This document shows positions 8,508 through 17,336 of a DNA stretch of 64,000 nucleotides, one piece after another. The position numbers and the translations under genes are program-made. Numbering within the stretch: position 1 is the stretch's first letter; each line of letters starts with the position of its first letter. The notes below the pieces were generated by a model. That model did not search any database, was not told where the DNA came from, and saw only the letters and a program-made list of their open reading frames with translations. The DNA is taken from the NCBI GenBank assembly GCA_045863395.1, contig BTVJ01000007.1, positions 118,668 to 182,667 on the forward strand. Reading direction: 5' to 3'. The stretch comes from Myxococcales bacterium (GTDB taxonomy: Bacteria; Myxococcota_A; UBA9042; JABWCM01; BTVJ01).

Positions 8508-11087
8508 TCAGCTCTGAGCGCCGGAGCGCCGACGCAGGGACCAGGCGCGGCGACGGGTCGCAAAGGCAATCGCCGCGAGGGTCAGCGCCAGCCATGGGCC
8601 AGCGGCGCCAGACCGCGTGGACGTGCATCCGCCGGACGTCGTGCCCTGGTCGTAGATGACCGGCTGGTTGGCGCCCTGGCCCGAGCCGCCCGCTCCGCCG
8701 GCGTCCGTCCCGCTGCCACCACCGGCGCCACCCGCCCCCCCGCCTGCACCACCACCACCGGCACCACCACCGGCACCACCACCGGCACCACCACCGGCAC
8801 CACCACCGCCTCCGGCGTCGTCACCACCGCCCCCGCCCCCACCACCGCCTCCGGCGTCGTCACCACCGCCCCCGCCCCCACCACACCCCTCGTCGATCGC
8901 ACCGTCGCAGTCGTCGTCGCGCCCGTTGTCGCAGATCTCCGTCGCCCCCGGGTACACGGCGGCCTTCGTGTCGTCGCAGTCGTCCGGTAGACACGCGCCG
9001 TCGCCGTCGCCGTCCACACACGCGCCGCAGCCGTCGTCCGCCGTGCCGTTGCAGTCGTCGTCGCGGCCGTTCTCGCAGACCTCCGCCGCGTCGGGGTGCA
9101 CCTTCGGGTCGCCGTCGTTGCAGTCGTCCTCGACGCAGTAGCCGTCCCCGTCCGCGTCCGTACAGGCGTCGCAGCCCTCGTCCTTCTGACCGTCACAGTC
9201 GTTGTCCCGGTTGTCGCCGCACTTCTCCGTGGCGCCGGGATGGATGGCGGCGTCACCGTCGTGGCAGTCGTCGGCCTCGCAGTAGCCGTCCCCGTCGGCG
9301 TCCGTGCAGTCGCAGTCCTCGTCCGTCGCTCCGTCGCAGTCGTCGTCCACGCCGTTGCCGCAGACCTCCTTCTTGGTCGGGCTGATCTTCGCGTCCCCGT
9401 CGTTGCAGTCGTCCGCCTTGCACACGCCGTCCTTGTCCCCGTCGATGCACTTGCACACCCCCACCGTCTGGTTGTTCGTGAACACGGGCTTGTCGCACGC
9501 CTCCCCGACGGGGCAGTGGCCGTCCGAGGTGCACAGCTTCCTGCACTGGGTCTTGAAGGTGCCCGTGTTGATGCAGATCAGGCCGTCGCCGCAGTCGAGC
9601 GCGGTGGTCAGCGAGGCGTTGCACGTGGCGTCCAGCGCCTTGCCGTTGCTCGTGAAGCAGTCCATCGCCCCGCCGCTCGTCGGGTAGCAGGCCTCGCCCT
9701 TGGGGCAGCCGCCGCCCGTGATCGGGCAGTTGGCGGGGGGCATGCACTTGTCGATCTGCGTCGCGCACTTGGAGTAGACGCAGGAGGAGTACGCCGCCGG
9801 GTCCGTGAGGCTGCCGCACTGCTTGTCCCAGCAGTCGAGCATCGCGGTGAGCTGATCCTGGGCGGTCTTGGTCCCGCTCCCGAAGCAGTCTGCGGAGCAC
9901 TGCTGGTTCTGCCCGCAGTCCCCCAGGCAGTCGTAGACCTGCTCGCAGGTCAGGTTGCCCGTCGGGATGGGGAAGCACGCCTCGATCTGCGCCGCGCAGT
10001 TGTTCTGCATGCAGGTCTGGTACTGGCTGTCGGGCACCGAGCCGCACTTGTTGGTCGCGCACGCGAACAGCGCGTCCATCTGGGCCTGAGCCGTGCTCGT
10101 GCCCGTCTGGTAGCAGTCCACCTGGCAGGCGGCGTTGGTCGTGGGGCAGGACGCGAGGCAGTCATAAGCCTGCTCGCAGGTCTTGGTCTGGCAGAGCGTG
10201 TTGTCGCACTTGCCGTCCGCCTTGCACGCCTGGGCGCAGAAGCACATGCCCGCGTTGGTCTTGCAGCTCGGCAGCGGTTGGCTGATCTTGCCGGAGATCC
10301 AGGTGGCGAAGGCGTCGACCCGCGTGTCGATGTACGTACCTTTGCACGGGTCGGTCTGGTTGCCGCCCACGGCGGAGTTGACCCCCACGACGACCCACTG
10401 GCCGCCCTCCTGCGACAGACCCGGTCCCCCGGAGTCGCCGAAGCAGATGCCCTGACCCTTGTACTCGCTGTAGTACTCCGTGTTGTAGTAGTCGCTGATC
10501 GCCATGGACGCGGAGCGCTTGACCCCGCTGCCCCCCTGGTTGATGCCGTCGGTGACGCCGAAGCCCACGTAGAAGAGGACCTTGCCGATCCACGAGCTCT
10601 TGAGGACCGTCGTGTTGAGCGCCACCGGTGTCACGCCTGTGACCGCCTTCGTCAGGTGGACGAGGCCGATGTCGTTCTGCTCGAAGCTCGCGTTCGGCTT
10701 GTAGTTCGGGTGCAGGATGAAGGCGTCCGCCTGGTAGAGGGTGCCCGAGATCGGGCCGTTACCGAAGTTGGCCGGGTTGGCGTTGGTGCCCACCATGAAC
10801 TTCGTCACCTGGGGCGAGATGGTCTTCCCCTCATGCTCCACCAGACAGTGGGCGGCCGTCAGGACCCACTGGGGTGCGATCAGGGTGCCCGTGCAGAAGC
10901 TCCCCGCGTAGCCGTAGCCGGGATACGTCATGGTCAGCGCGCCGACGGCGGTCCACCCCGTCTCGGTCTGGCCATTGACGATGGGCTGGGCGGAAGGATC
11001 GTTCCCGTCCGCCTCGGGGGGAGGCTCGCAGGAGGCCAACGCCGCGACGAGCGCGGCCACGAGGGGGAGGTGCAGGTGGAGCTTCAT
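8508..11087 (-). CDS. S1 (trypsin-fold) serine protease with Cys-rich repeats, 4 MopE-like metal-binding repeats, Gly-rich linker and MYXO-CTERM-like tail
   Basis: Lipobox LASC; IVNG mature N-terminus; triad LTAAHC / NDIGL / GDSGGP; four C.NG.DDDCDG-type repeats; C-terminal GGC-hydrophobic-RRR. Confidence 0.88.
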   Translation of the reverse strand: MKLHLHLPLVAALVAALASCEPPPEADGNDPSAQPIVNGQTETGWTAVGALTMTYPGYGYAGSFCTGTLIAPQWVLTAAHCLVEHEGKTISPQVTKFMVGTNANPANFGNGPISGTLYQADAFILHPNYKPNASFEQNDIGLVHLTKAVTGVTPVALNTTVLKSSWIGKVLFYVGFGVTDGINQGGSGVKRSASMAISDYYNTEYYSEYKGQGICFGDSGGPGLSQEGGQWVVVGVNSAVGGNQTDPCKGTYIDTRVDAFATWISGKISQPLPSCKTNAGMCFCAQACKADGKCDNTLCQTKTCEQAYDCLASCPTTNAACQVDCYQTGTSTAQAQMDALFACATNKCGSVPDSQYQTCMQNNCAAQIEACFPIPTGNLTCEQVYDCLGDCGQNQQCSADCFGSGTKTAQDQLTAMLDCWDKQCGSLTDPAAYSSCVYSKCATQIDKCMPPANCPITGGGCPKGEACYPTSGGAMDCFTSNGKALDATCNASLTTALDCGDGLICINTGTFKTQCRKLCTSDGHCPVGEACDKPVFTNNQTVGVCKCIDGDKDGVCKADDCNDGDAKISPTKKEVCGNGVDDDCDGATDEDCDCTDADGDGYCEADDCHDGDAAIHPGATEKCGDNRDNDCDGQKDEGCDACTDADGDGYCVEDDCNDGDPKVHPDAAEVCENGRDDDCNGTADDGCGACVDGDGDGACLPDDCDDTKAAVYPGATEICDNGRDDDCDGAIDEGCGGGGGGGDDAGGGGGGGGGGDDAGGGGGAGGGAGGGAGGGAGGGGAGGGAGGAGGGSGTDAGGAGGSGQGANQPVIYDQGTTSGGCTSTRSGAAGPWLALTLAAIAFATRRRAWSLRRRSGAQS
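8761..8878. repeat. Coding tandem repeats in the Gly linker: 12-bp GCACCACCACCG x4, then a 39-bp unit x2
   Basis: Exact copies at 8761-8808; CACCACCGCCTCCGGCGTCGTCACCACCGCCCCCGCCCC at 8801-8839 and 8840-8878. Confidence 0.9.
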
Positions 11088-11284
11088 GGACCGTTCCGAG
11101 GCCGGTGGTGGGCAATGACAGCCGCGGGGTGCCGGTTCACCCCGGGGGAGCCGTCGAGCGCCGGGGATCCTGTCGCCGTGGTGGCCGCGAGTCAAGGCGA
11201 AGGGGCTCGCTCCAGTTTCCATGCGGCGCGACCGTTGCCGATGCGGTAGGATGCGCCACACCCGCGCACCCCGGAGGTTCAGCG

Positions 11285-11593
11285 ATGCGCGCTCTCTTCG
11301 TCGTCCTGTTGGTCCTGACCGGCTGCAGTGGCACCACCTTGCGCTCCGCGGTGCAGGGGGGCCTGGGCGACCCCATCGACGTGACCCAGGTCAAGCACAT
11401 CTGCGATCTGCCGCCCGGCACACCGATCACCGACGACTACGTGCTCCTCGGGTGCACCCCCCAGAAGGCGCCCATCGTCCTCGATCTGGTGTGCCAGCAG
11501 AAGACCTCCGCCAGCAGGTCGTGCGCCTTCCAGGTGGACGCCTTCCTCTACTCGCGCCCGGCTGGGCCATCGTCGATGACCCTGACTCCCTAG
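11285..11593 (+). CDS. Small hypothetical lipoprotein
   Basis: GGAGG RBS; MRALFVVLLVLTGC lipobox; four further Cys. Confidence 0.7.
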   Translation: MRALFVVLLVLTGCSGTTLRSAVQGGLGDPIDVTQVKHICDLPPGTPITDDYVLLGCTPQKAPIVLDLVCQQKTSASRSCAFQVDAFLYSRPAGPSSMTLTP

Positions 11594-11758
11594 TACATCG
11601 TCCGGTAAGTTCCTTGCGTTATTCGAGGGTCGAATCGCCCCGCCAGGTGTTCCGGCCAGGCGCAGGAATACCGAGGCGTATTTCAAGCCTGGTCGGGACG
11701 CCTGGAGGGGATGAAGCGGCCGTCCAATAATCAAGGAACTTGCCGGACGATGTACTAG
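11590..11758. mobile_element. MITE-like / structured palindromic element (161 bp core) flanked by CTAG on both sides
   Basis: Terminal inverted repeats TACATCGTCCGGTAAGTTCCTTG / CAAGGAACTTGCCGGACGATGTA (22 of 23 complementary), nested inner stems, CTAG at 11590-11593 and 11755-11758, AT-richer than flanks. Confidence 0.8.
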
Positions 11759-12132
11759 TACCCCGCCGCCGTCACGAACAGCGTCACCACGCAGGCGAGG
11801 CCCAAGAACCAGACCAGCGACCGCAGCTGCGCTTTGTCGGCCACGTAGAAGACCCCGTGCAGGATGCGGAGCCCGATGAAGGACGCCGCGAGCAGGTCCA
11901 CGCGGCCCTGCGGCGCATGCGCCATCTGGGCGACGATCACGCCGGCTGCGAATGGCGGGAACGCCTCGAAGGCGTTGAGCTGGGCCCAGTTGGCACGCTT
12001 GCGCCACCCCTGGGCCCGCTCGAGCCCCTCCCGCGGGGTCCTGTTGTCGTAGTTGGGGACGGACTTGGCCAGCAGCACCCACAGGTAGGGCAGCGCGGCG
12101 GCGACGAGGATGCACCAGGCAGCAAGGGTCAT
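11755..12132 (-). CDS. MAPEG family membrane protein
   Basis: YDNRTPR, RANWAQLNAFEAFPPFAAGV, LRILHGVFYVAD, LRSLVW. Confidence 0.88.
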   Translation of the reverse strand: MTLAAWCILVAAALPYLWVLLAKSVPNYDNRTPREGLERAQGWRKRANWAQLNAFEAFPPFAAGVIVAQMAHAPQGRVDLLAASFIGLRILHGVFYVADKAQLRSLVWFLGLACVVTLFVTAAGY

Positions 12133-12145
12133 GAGTGTCTCCGGT

Positions 12146-14968
12146 TCAGGGTACGAAGGTCCCCACGGTCGCGGGGGGACTGGAGGAGGGGACGGAGCCG
12201 GACTGGATCTCGGCGCGGACGCGGCCGGCACCACCGCCGCCACCGCCGGCCGCGACCAGGCCGCCGCTCGGGTTGATGGTCGCGCCGCCGTTGGCCTGGA
12301 GCGCGCCGCTGCCGCCGATGGCCTTCGTGCGCAGCATGATGGAGCCGCCAGCTCCGCTCCCGCCGCAGCCTCCCCGGTAGGCGCCGCCCGGGTTGACTCC
12401 GTTGCTTCCGTTGGCCGCGACGGTACCACCGACGCTGATCGTCGGTGCCGTGACGACGATCAGGCCGCCGCCCGCGCCGCCCGCGCCGCCGGCGACACCG
12501 AACGCCGAGCCCCCGCCGCCCGCGCCCCCGCCACCGAAGTATGCGCGGGCGAGCGCCGCGTCCCCGAAGATGCCGCCGCCGCCGCCGCCGCCGCCGCCGT
12601 AGTTGTTGCCGTTGCTGCCCCCGCCACCGCCGCCCGTCCCGCCGCTGCCGGCCGCGCCCGCCGGAGACCCGCCGCCCGCCGACCCGGGGCCGCCACCATT
12701 GCCGCCAGGGCAGGTGCTCCCTCCGCCGCCGCCAGCGCTCTGGCCGGTGCTGCCACCGGCGCCGCCGCCGCCGCTCCCGTTGCCGCCGCACCCTCCGCCT
12801 GCTGCTCCACCGCCTCCGCCGCCCGCGTGGCCCCCTCCGCCACCGCCGCCCGCGCCGTCGTCGTCGTTGACAGTGCTGTCCCCGCCGCCTCCGCCGGCGC
12901 CCGTCGCTCCCGCCACCACCCCGCAGCCATTGTCTCCAGAGCCGCCCCCCGCGCCCCGGGTGCAGCTCTGCTGGCTGCCGCCGGACGACCCGAAGCCGTT
13001 CCACGTCTCGCCACCGCCGCCGCCTCCGCCGCCCGTGCTGCCGGCGCTCCCGCCCCGGTAGCCCCTGCCGGTCATGTGGACCTGACCTCCGCTTTGCACC
13101 GTGAACGTCCCCGTGGCGTAGAGGGCCAGGATTCCCCCGCTCGTCCCGTCCCAGGCCGGCGCCGTGAGGACGCCGCCCGATGACACGGTGATGTCCGTGT
13201 GCTGCCCCGCGACCACGAGCTGCGCCCGGTCGGAGCCCGCGTTCGAGTAGGTGTTGACCAGGGGATCTGCGAGGGTCACCGTCGTGCCTGACACCGCCTT
13301 GATGCGCACGAGCTCCCACCGGCCGGCCTCAGCGCCCAGGGTCTGGTGCATGACGGCCCGCTGCCCCGCCTCGAACCCGGCGCCGGAGGTGACGGTCACG
13401 GCCGTGCCGCCGCTGGTCCCCGCTGCTCCCGCCCTGGCCGGCCCGAGGGTGACCGCCCCCGTCACGACGAGCGCTCCGTCGGTGCCGCTCCCGTAGGGCC
13501 CGGCGGCGCCCGCCTGGGAGAGCGGCTGCCAGGCGGTGCCGTCGCACCCCTCGAAGGCCGTCCCCGTCCACCGGATGGTGCCCGCCCGAGCCTCGGTGCA
13601 GGCGCCCCCGTCGAGGCCCACCTGAATGCCGCCCGCCACGGCCAGCTTCGCTTGCGGGTCGTTGGTGCCGACGCCGACGTTGCCGCTGCTCGTCACCACC
13701 GTGAGCTGCTCGGCGTCGCTGCGCCCGATGCTCAGGCGCGGGCGGCCGCTGTCCGTCACCCGCGAGATCTGCATGGTGTTCGAGCCCGTCTCGGTCCAGT
13801 CCGAGAACTTGAGCGAGACCGCGTCGCCCGACGACCAGGGGCTCAGGCGGATGGCCGTCCCCGCGCCATAGGCCTGGCTGGACGTGCCGAAGTACGGGAT
13901 CACCTGCAGGGCGACGTTGTCGGGCGCCGTGAAGGGCGACACCCCGGCGCCGGGCAGGATGATGGCGCTCCCTTCGAAGATGGCGGCCTTGCTCTGGTAC
14001 GCGACGGGGCCCGCCACGTGGAGGGGCGCCCCGGGCGACGCCTTGCGCACGCCCAGGCTGCCCGTCGCCGTGAGGTCGCCGGTGACCGCCAGCGTTCCCG
14101 CCGACGTCCCGCCGCCGAAGGCGAGGGGCATGTGCGACGAGTCGGCCAGGTTGCGCACCCGGAGCCCGCTTGGGACGGCCACGTGGAGCCAGCCGTCGTT
14201 CTTGTCGTAGAGGCCGCTCTCCGAGACCTGGACGCCGCAGCCCGCGGCGTTGGCGGTGCACGCGCTGACGGACCCGGGCACCGAGAGGGTCCCGGAGAGC
14301 GTCAGATTGGAGGCCAGCGCCGTTCCGCTCACGCAGCCCGAGCATGCGAGGCCCGTGGCCGCGCCGCCCTTGGTCGCGGACGCCGCGAAGCCGAAGGAGA
14401 CCTTGTCCGCGGTGACCGCCTGGTCCTGGAGGTGGCTCGTCGCCACGCTGGATGCGCCCAGCTCGCTCGCCGAGACGCAGCCCACGCAGTCGAGGTCCTG
14501 GGCCGGACCGCCTTTTGATGATGAGCCCGCATAGCCGAAGGCCACCTCCTCGCTCGACACGCAGCCCGAGCACTGCAGGTCAGCGCTGACGAGCGCCGTG
14601 GCCGCCTGCGACGCGGCGATGGACCAGGCTACGGGGCGCACGGGGCGACGTGGCAGGGCCTGGCCATCGACCACCGTCTCCAGCCAGAGCGCGCTCGCCG
14701 ACTCGAACACCCCCGCCGGGACGGGCCCGAGCTCCACGTCGAAGAGACCCTGGACCACCGCGACGCCGGCGAGCGCCTGCGAGTATGCGGCGGCGCCGCC
14801 GGTCTCCGCGGGGTAGAGGTGGAAGGCGAGATCGAAGGTGCCGTTGGCGGGTGTCCCCCCCGAGGTGTAGACGCTGCCTTGCAGGCTGAGCGTCCGGTCC
14901 GGCGACGCCTCTGCCGTCGTCCCGATTATCGCGACGAGGACTGCACAGGCTCTCACGAAGCGGCTCAT
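12146..14968 (-). CDS. Secreted tail-fibre-like protein with C-terminal AgmC-like glycine-rich domain
   Basis: Signal peptide; N-terminal QG..NGTFDLAFHLY..GLFDVELG domain; GNVGVGTNDPQAKLAVAG and C..AGTIRW.G..FEGCDG..W fibre motifs; APAWDGTSGGILA..GRGYRGG followed by GGGGGG runs. Confidence 0.7.
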   Translation of the reverse strand: MSRFVRACAVLVAIIGTTAEASPDRTLSLQGSVYTSGGTPANGTFDLAFHLYPAETGGAAAYSQALAGVAVVQGLFDVELGPVPAGVFESASALWLETVVDGQALPRRPVRPVAWSIAASQAATALVSADLQCSGCVSSEEVAFGYAGSSSKGGPAQDLDCVGCVSASELGASSVATSHLQDQAVTADKVSFGFAASATKGGAATGLACSGCVSGTALASNLTLSGTLSVPGSVSACTANAAGCGVQVSESGLYDKNDGWLHVAVPSGLRVRNLADSSHMPLAFGGGTSAGTLAVTGDLTATGSLGVRKASPGAPLHVAGPVAYQSKAAIFEGSAIILPGAGVSPFTAPDNVALQVIPYFGTSSQAYGAGTAIRLSPWSSGDAVSLKFSDWTETGSNTMQISRVTDSGRPRLSIGRSDAEQLTVVTSSGNVGVGTNDPQAKLAVAGGIQVGLDGGACTEARAGTIRWTGTAFEGCDGTAWQPLSQAGAAGPYGSGTDGALVVTGAVTLGPARAGAAGTSGGTAVTVTSGAGFEAGQRAVMHQTLGAEAGRWELVRIKAVSGTTVTLADPLVNTYSNAGSDRAQLVVAGQHTDITVSSGGVLTAPAWDGTSGGILALYATGTFTVQSGGQVHMTGRGYRGGSAGSTGGGGGGGGETWNGFGSSGGSQQSCTRGAGGGSGDNGCGVVAGATGAGGGGGDSTVNDDDGAGGGGGGGHAGGGGGGAAGGGCGGNGSGGGGAGGSTGQSAGGGGGSTCPGGNGGGPGSAGGGSPAGAAGSGGTGGGGGGSNGNNYGGGGGGGGGIFGDAALARAYFGGGGAGGGGSAFGVAGGAGGAGGGLIVVTAPTISVGGTVAANGSNGVNPGGAYRGGCGGSGAGGSIMLRTKAIGGSGALQANGGATINPSGGLVAAGGGGGGAGRVRAEIQSGSVPSSSPPATVGTFVP

Positions 14969-15112
14969 GGGTCCTCCTCTCGCCGAGCACGTCCGTCCCG
15001 GCGGTCGGCCGGGGGCCCGCGCTCCACGGGTCGGGGTCAGCTCCATGTCAATGGGCGTATGGTGCATCGGGTGTCGCAGGGGGGTCAAGGGGGGGCGGAG
15101 CCGAGGGTGCGC

Positions 15113-16021
15113 TCAGCCTGGCGTCCCCGGCACACCACAGCTCGCGCGGCCCGCGCCGAACACGACGATGCCGACGAGCCCGAGCCAACCGAGCACCGCG
15201 AAGACCTGCTCGACAGGGCCTGGCGCGAAGCTCGGGATCGCAGGCGGGTCGCGCTCCATGGTCGCGACGAGGTCCGGCGAGCCCCACCACCGCCCATCCA
15301 CGTCGCGGACGGCCGTGCGCCCTTCCCGGATGCCCTCGACGATCCCGCGTGCGCTCACCTCGTCGACCGCGACCCAGACCCGCACGAGGCCCATGACCCC
15401 GAAGGCGTGGTAGTCCGACGAGCCGACGGCGGCCAAGGAGTAGCCGTCGGCGCGCGCCTGCTCGTAGAAGGAGCGCATCTCCTGGGCGCGGCCGTTCTCC
15501 CCCGGCTCGACCCACGCCAGCGGGTGGACGACCTCCACGGCGTCGAGCCGGTCTCGCACGGGCGCCAGCGCCCTGCCGAAGCGGCCGAAGGGGTGGGCGC
15601 CGATGGCGACGCCGCCCTGGCGGTGGATGGCCTCGATGACGTCGGGGAGCGGCTGATCCCAAGGGATGCGCTCCTCGATGCCCAGCGCGATGACGTGCAC
15701 GGCGCGGGTGGTGATCTCCTCGCCCACCAGCACGATGGGGCCGCCGACGAGCTCCGAGTACCAGCGGGCGACGAGCGCGGGGAAGACCAGGTTGTGCTCC
15801 GTCACGGCAAAGGCGTCCAGGCCCGCGCGACGTGCGATGGGGACCAGGTCCACGGGGGAGACGACGCCATCGCTGAACCGGGTGTGGGCGTGCAGGTCCA
15901 CCTGGAGGACCCGCCGACCCAGACGCTCCACGACGGGAGTCGGCGGCGTCGGGTCGCCGAGAGACCCCGCGAGGAGCCCCACGGCGAGCGCCGCCCACGC
16001 GAGCCGAGCGGGCCAGCTCAC
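15113..16021 (-). CDS. PHP-domain metallophosphoesterase, membrane anchored
   Basis: GTG overlapping upstream stop; VDLHAHTRFSDG, AVTEHN, GEEIT, IGAHP, GSSDYH; hydrophobic N- and C-termini. Confidence 0.85.
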   Translation of the reverse strand: MSWPARLAWAALAVGLLAGSLGDPTPPTPVVERLGRRVLQVDLHAHTRFSDGVVSPVDLVPIARRAGLDAFAVTEHNLVFPALVARWYSELVGGPIVLVGEEITTRAVHVIALGIEERIPWDQPLPDVIEAIHRQGGVAIGAHPFGRFGRALAPVRDRLDAVEVVHPLAWVEPGENGRAQEMRSFYEQARADGYSLAAVGSSDYHAFGVMGLVRVWVAVDEVSARGIVEGIREGRTAVRDVDGRWWGSPDLVATMERDPPAIPSFAPGPVEQVFAVLGWLGLVGIVVFGAGRASCGVPGTPG

Positions 16022-16611
16022 GCGGACACCAGGAGCGGGGCGAGCTGGTGCGTGCCGAGCAGCCACGCGACGAAGACGCCAAGGTAGAGTGTGTAGTACA
16101 CGCAGAGCGCCGCGGTGGCGCGACCAGGCGCCAAGGCCAGCCCGTGGCGGAGACAGGCCCACGTGAGCGCGACGGACCACACCAGGGCGAGCAGGACCGC
16201 GGCCTGCAGCACGCCGGCGGAGAGCAGCGCTCGGAAGGTGGCGAGCAGGTCGGGGGCGAACAGGAAGACTCCCGACGTCGCGAGCAGCAGGAGCACCCAC
16301 GGGCTCGCGCCGACCATCAGCAGGTCGAGGGCGTGGGCGAGCCGTACCTGGCGTGCGACCAGGCGCAGCGCCACGGCCAGCGCCAGCGCCTGCGCCAGGG
16401 GGCCGAAGGACCACGAGAGCATCGTCGTGGCGACGTGGAAGGCGACCAGGCGCTCCGCCGTCGTCAGCGAGATGAAGCAGCCGATGACCAGCAGCAGGAG
16501 GAGCGGGCGGCGCGCCGCCACCCAGAGGGTCGGCGCAGGGAGGGTGGCGGCGAGCGCCTCATAGGTGGCGCGGGGACGCACGATCACACGGAGCTCTGCG
16601 GCGATCATCAC
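16018..16611 (-). CDS. Multi-pass membrane protein, Yip1-like
   Basis: VIVRPRATYEAL start followed by about 5 hydrophobic segments. Confidence 0.6.
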   Translation of the reverse strand: MMIAAELRVIVRPRATYEALAATLPAPTLWVAARRPLLLLLVIGCFISLTTAERLVAFHVATTMLSWSFGPLAQALALAVALRLVARQVRLAHALDLLMVGASPWVLLLLATSGVFLFAPDLLATFRALLSAGVLQAAVLLALVWSVALTWACLRHGLALAPGRATAALCVYYTLYLGVFVAWLLGTHQLAPLLVSA

Positions 16612-16615
16612 GTGG

Positions 16616-16780
16616 TCACTCTGCGCCTGCTACGTTTGTCACGTCGGGGGCCGCCACATCGAAGGTCGAGCGCACATGGAGTTCGGCGCGCGCCAGATCG
16701 AGGCAGGTGAGGAGGCCAAAGCCGCTGGCCGCGCCCGTCACGAGGGCCACTCCTCGGGTCTGGGCGGGCGCGGTTGGCAT
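16616..16780 (-). pseudogene. Truncated short-chain dehydrogenase/reductase N-terminus (54 aa)
   Basis: Not in ORF track. AGGAG RBS 5 nt before ATG; MPTAPAQTRGVALVTGAASGFGLLTCLDLARA contains the SDR TGxxxGxG motif, then stops. Confidence 0.65.
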
Positions 16781-17336
16781 CACGGCTCCTGCTGCGTGGG
16801 ACGTGGAAGTTCTGGGGGTTCCGGCAGCATACGGCCGTGGTGGGGCGTGTCAATCAGGGGTGCGGTGCGCGACTGTCGCCCGGTCTGGCGCCCGCGGAGT
16901 CGGAGGCCGAGCGCAGGCGGGAGCCTGGCGCAGCGGTGCGGAGACCTCCGGTGCGGGCTGCGGGCATGGCGACCGGCGTGTGTCGCGGCTCGTACCGTCA
17001 TGCGCGGGCTCCCCGCGTCGTTCATGCTGGATGCCCGCGGTTGGTGGATGCTCTGCTCCCGAGGTCAGCGCGATACGGGGCACGAGATGCTGTCGTCCCC
17101 CGCAGCGAGGCCTCCCTCCCGAGAAGGAAGCCGCACGCCTTGGCCATCGGATGGACGTCCCGGAGCGTCCCAGGGAGGACCATGCAGTCAGACCTGGTCG
17201 GGATTGGCGGCGCCGGCGGCGGGCGTGGACGTCGTGCTCCACGGAGGTGCATTCGGGCGTCGGGTAGGTCAGTATCGTGCTTCGGCTGCAAAGGCGGGGT
17301 GCGACCATTCGGGTCCACGACCGGAGAGGAGAGAGG

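Noticed and set aside
11594..11754. 6S RNA or SRP RNA identity for the rod-shaped element
   Set aside because: No large central bubble or recognisable SRP loop; duplicated CTAG flanks favour an insertion element. An Rfam search would settle it
12146..14968. Prophage remnant suggested by tail-fibre motifs
   Set aside because: The protein has a signal peptide and host-like codon usage, and no other phage genes are present
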